A stretch of DNA of 64,000 nucleotides from Lama guanicoe (taxonomy: Eukaryota). Positions 63,601-64,000 of the stretch are shown here, piece by piece (positions within the stretch are counted from its first letter, which is position 1; each line of letters begins with the position of its first letter). The notes below the pieces were generated by a model that worked only from the letters and a program-made list of their open reading frames with translations, had not been told where the DNA came from and did not search any database. The position numbers and the translations under genes were made by a program. Where the stretch lies: the NCBI GenBank assembly GCA_013239625.1, contig MU056000.1:14784851-14848850 (forward strand), in the 5' to 3' direction.

Positions 63601-64000
63601 TTCCTCATGGTCTTCTTATAATTTGCCATCCCCCATATTTGCTAGGTTCTATGTCCTTACCTTGTGATTCTGTGTTGAGACTTGTGATTATTCCGACCAA
63701 GGGAGTATGGTAAAAGTGATGGAATATGAATTCTGATCCCAGTTCATTAAAAAAAAAAAAAGAGAACACTTGCTTCCAACTGGCTTCTTTCTGTTTCTGG
63801 ATGTTCAATTTAGGAATCCAGCCATTATGCTGTAAGGAAGTTTCAGCCACATGTATTGCTGTTTTCAAAAGCCTTAGCCAAGTTCTCAGACAAGTCTAGA
63901 TCAATTATCAGATATGAAAATGAAGAAAACTTCAGATGAATCAAGTCTCTCACTAGGCAATGTCAGAGTATGAAAGAAAGGAATCTGAATACTGGATGAC
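63600..64000 (+). mobile_element. MLT1F/G-like LTR, running off the window end
   Basis: ggaatccagccattatgctgtaaggaag...agccaagttctcagacaag...atcaattatcagatatg...ttcagatga. Confidence 0.5.

Noticed and set aside
1..64000. CRISPR arrays, operons, defence or other prokaryote-type systems; intact L1 or ERV coding frames
   Set aside because: The sequence is mammalian non-coding DNA. I saw no regularly spaced repeat-spacer units and no long ORFs, and all retroelement frames are disrupted.

Overview
AT-rich mammalian genomic DNA, most likely camelid (alpaca, llama or camel). The taxon call rests on a tRNA-derived SINE at 5411-5573 that I recognise as the Camelidae vic-1 type, artiodactyl-style L1 3' ends, and no ruminant (Bov-tA/BovB), suid (PRE-1) or primate (Alu) SINEs that I could see. 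The window looks intronic or intergenic. I found no credible protein-coding gene. The listed ORFs are short, mostly TTG/GTG-initiated, or fall in repeats, and the only recognisable peptides are decayed L1 ORF1/ORF2 pieces. Much of the window is ancient transposon debris (L1, L2, MIR, MaLR/MLT1, ERVL/ERV LTRs, hAT MERs). Family names are assigned from memory of consensus sequences, boundaries are approximate, and both need RepeatMasker/Dfam confirmation. The best non-repeat signal is a minus-strand exon at 463-515 with a CpG-retaining promoter-like segment just upstream, suggesting the 5' end of an unidentified gene running off the left edge. The most unusual structures are retrotransposition fossils: a three-layer nested insertion at 54.8-56.8 kb holding a polyadenylated mostly non-L1 retrocopy, two 5'-inverted L1s, an L1 whose ORF1 appears replaced by foreign sequence, two near-complete MaLR proviruses, and an ancient local duplication. 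I see no evidence of a novel multi-gene system, CRISPR array or functional RNA gene.
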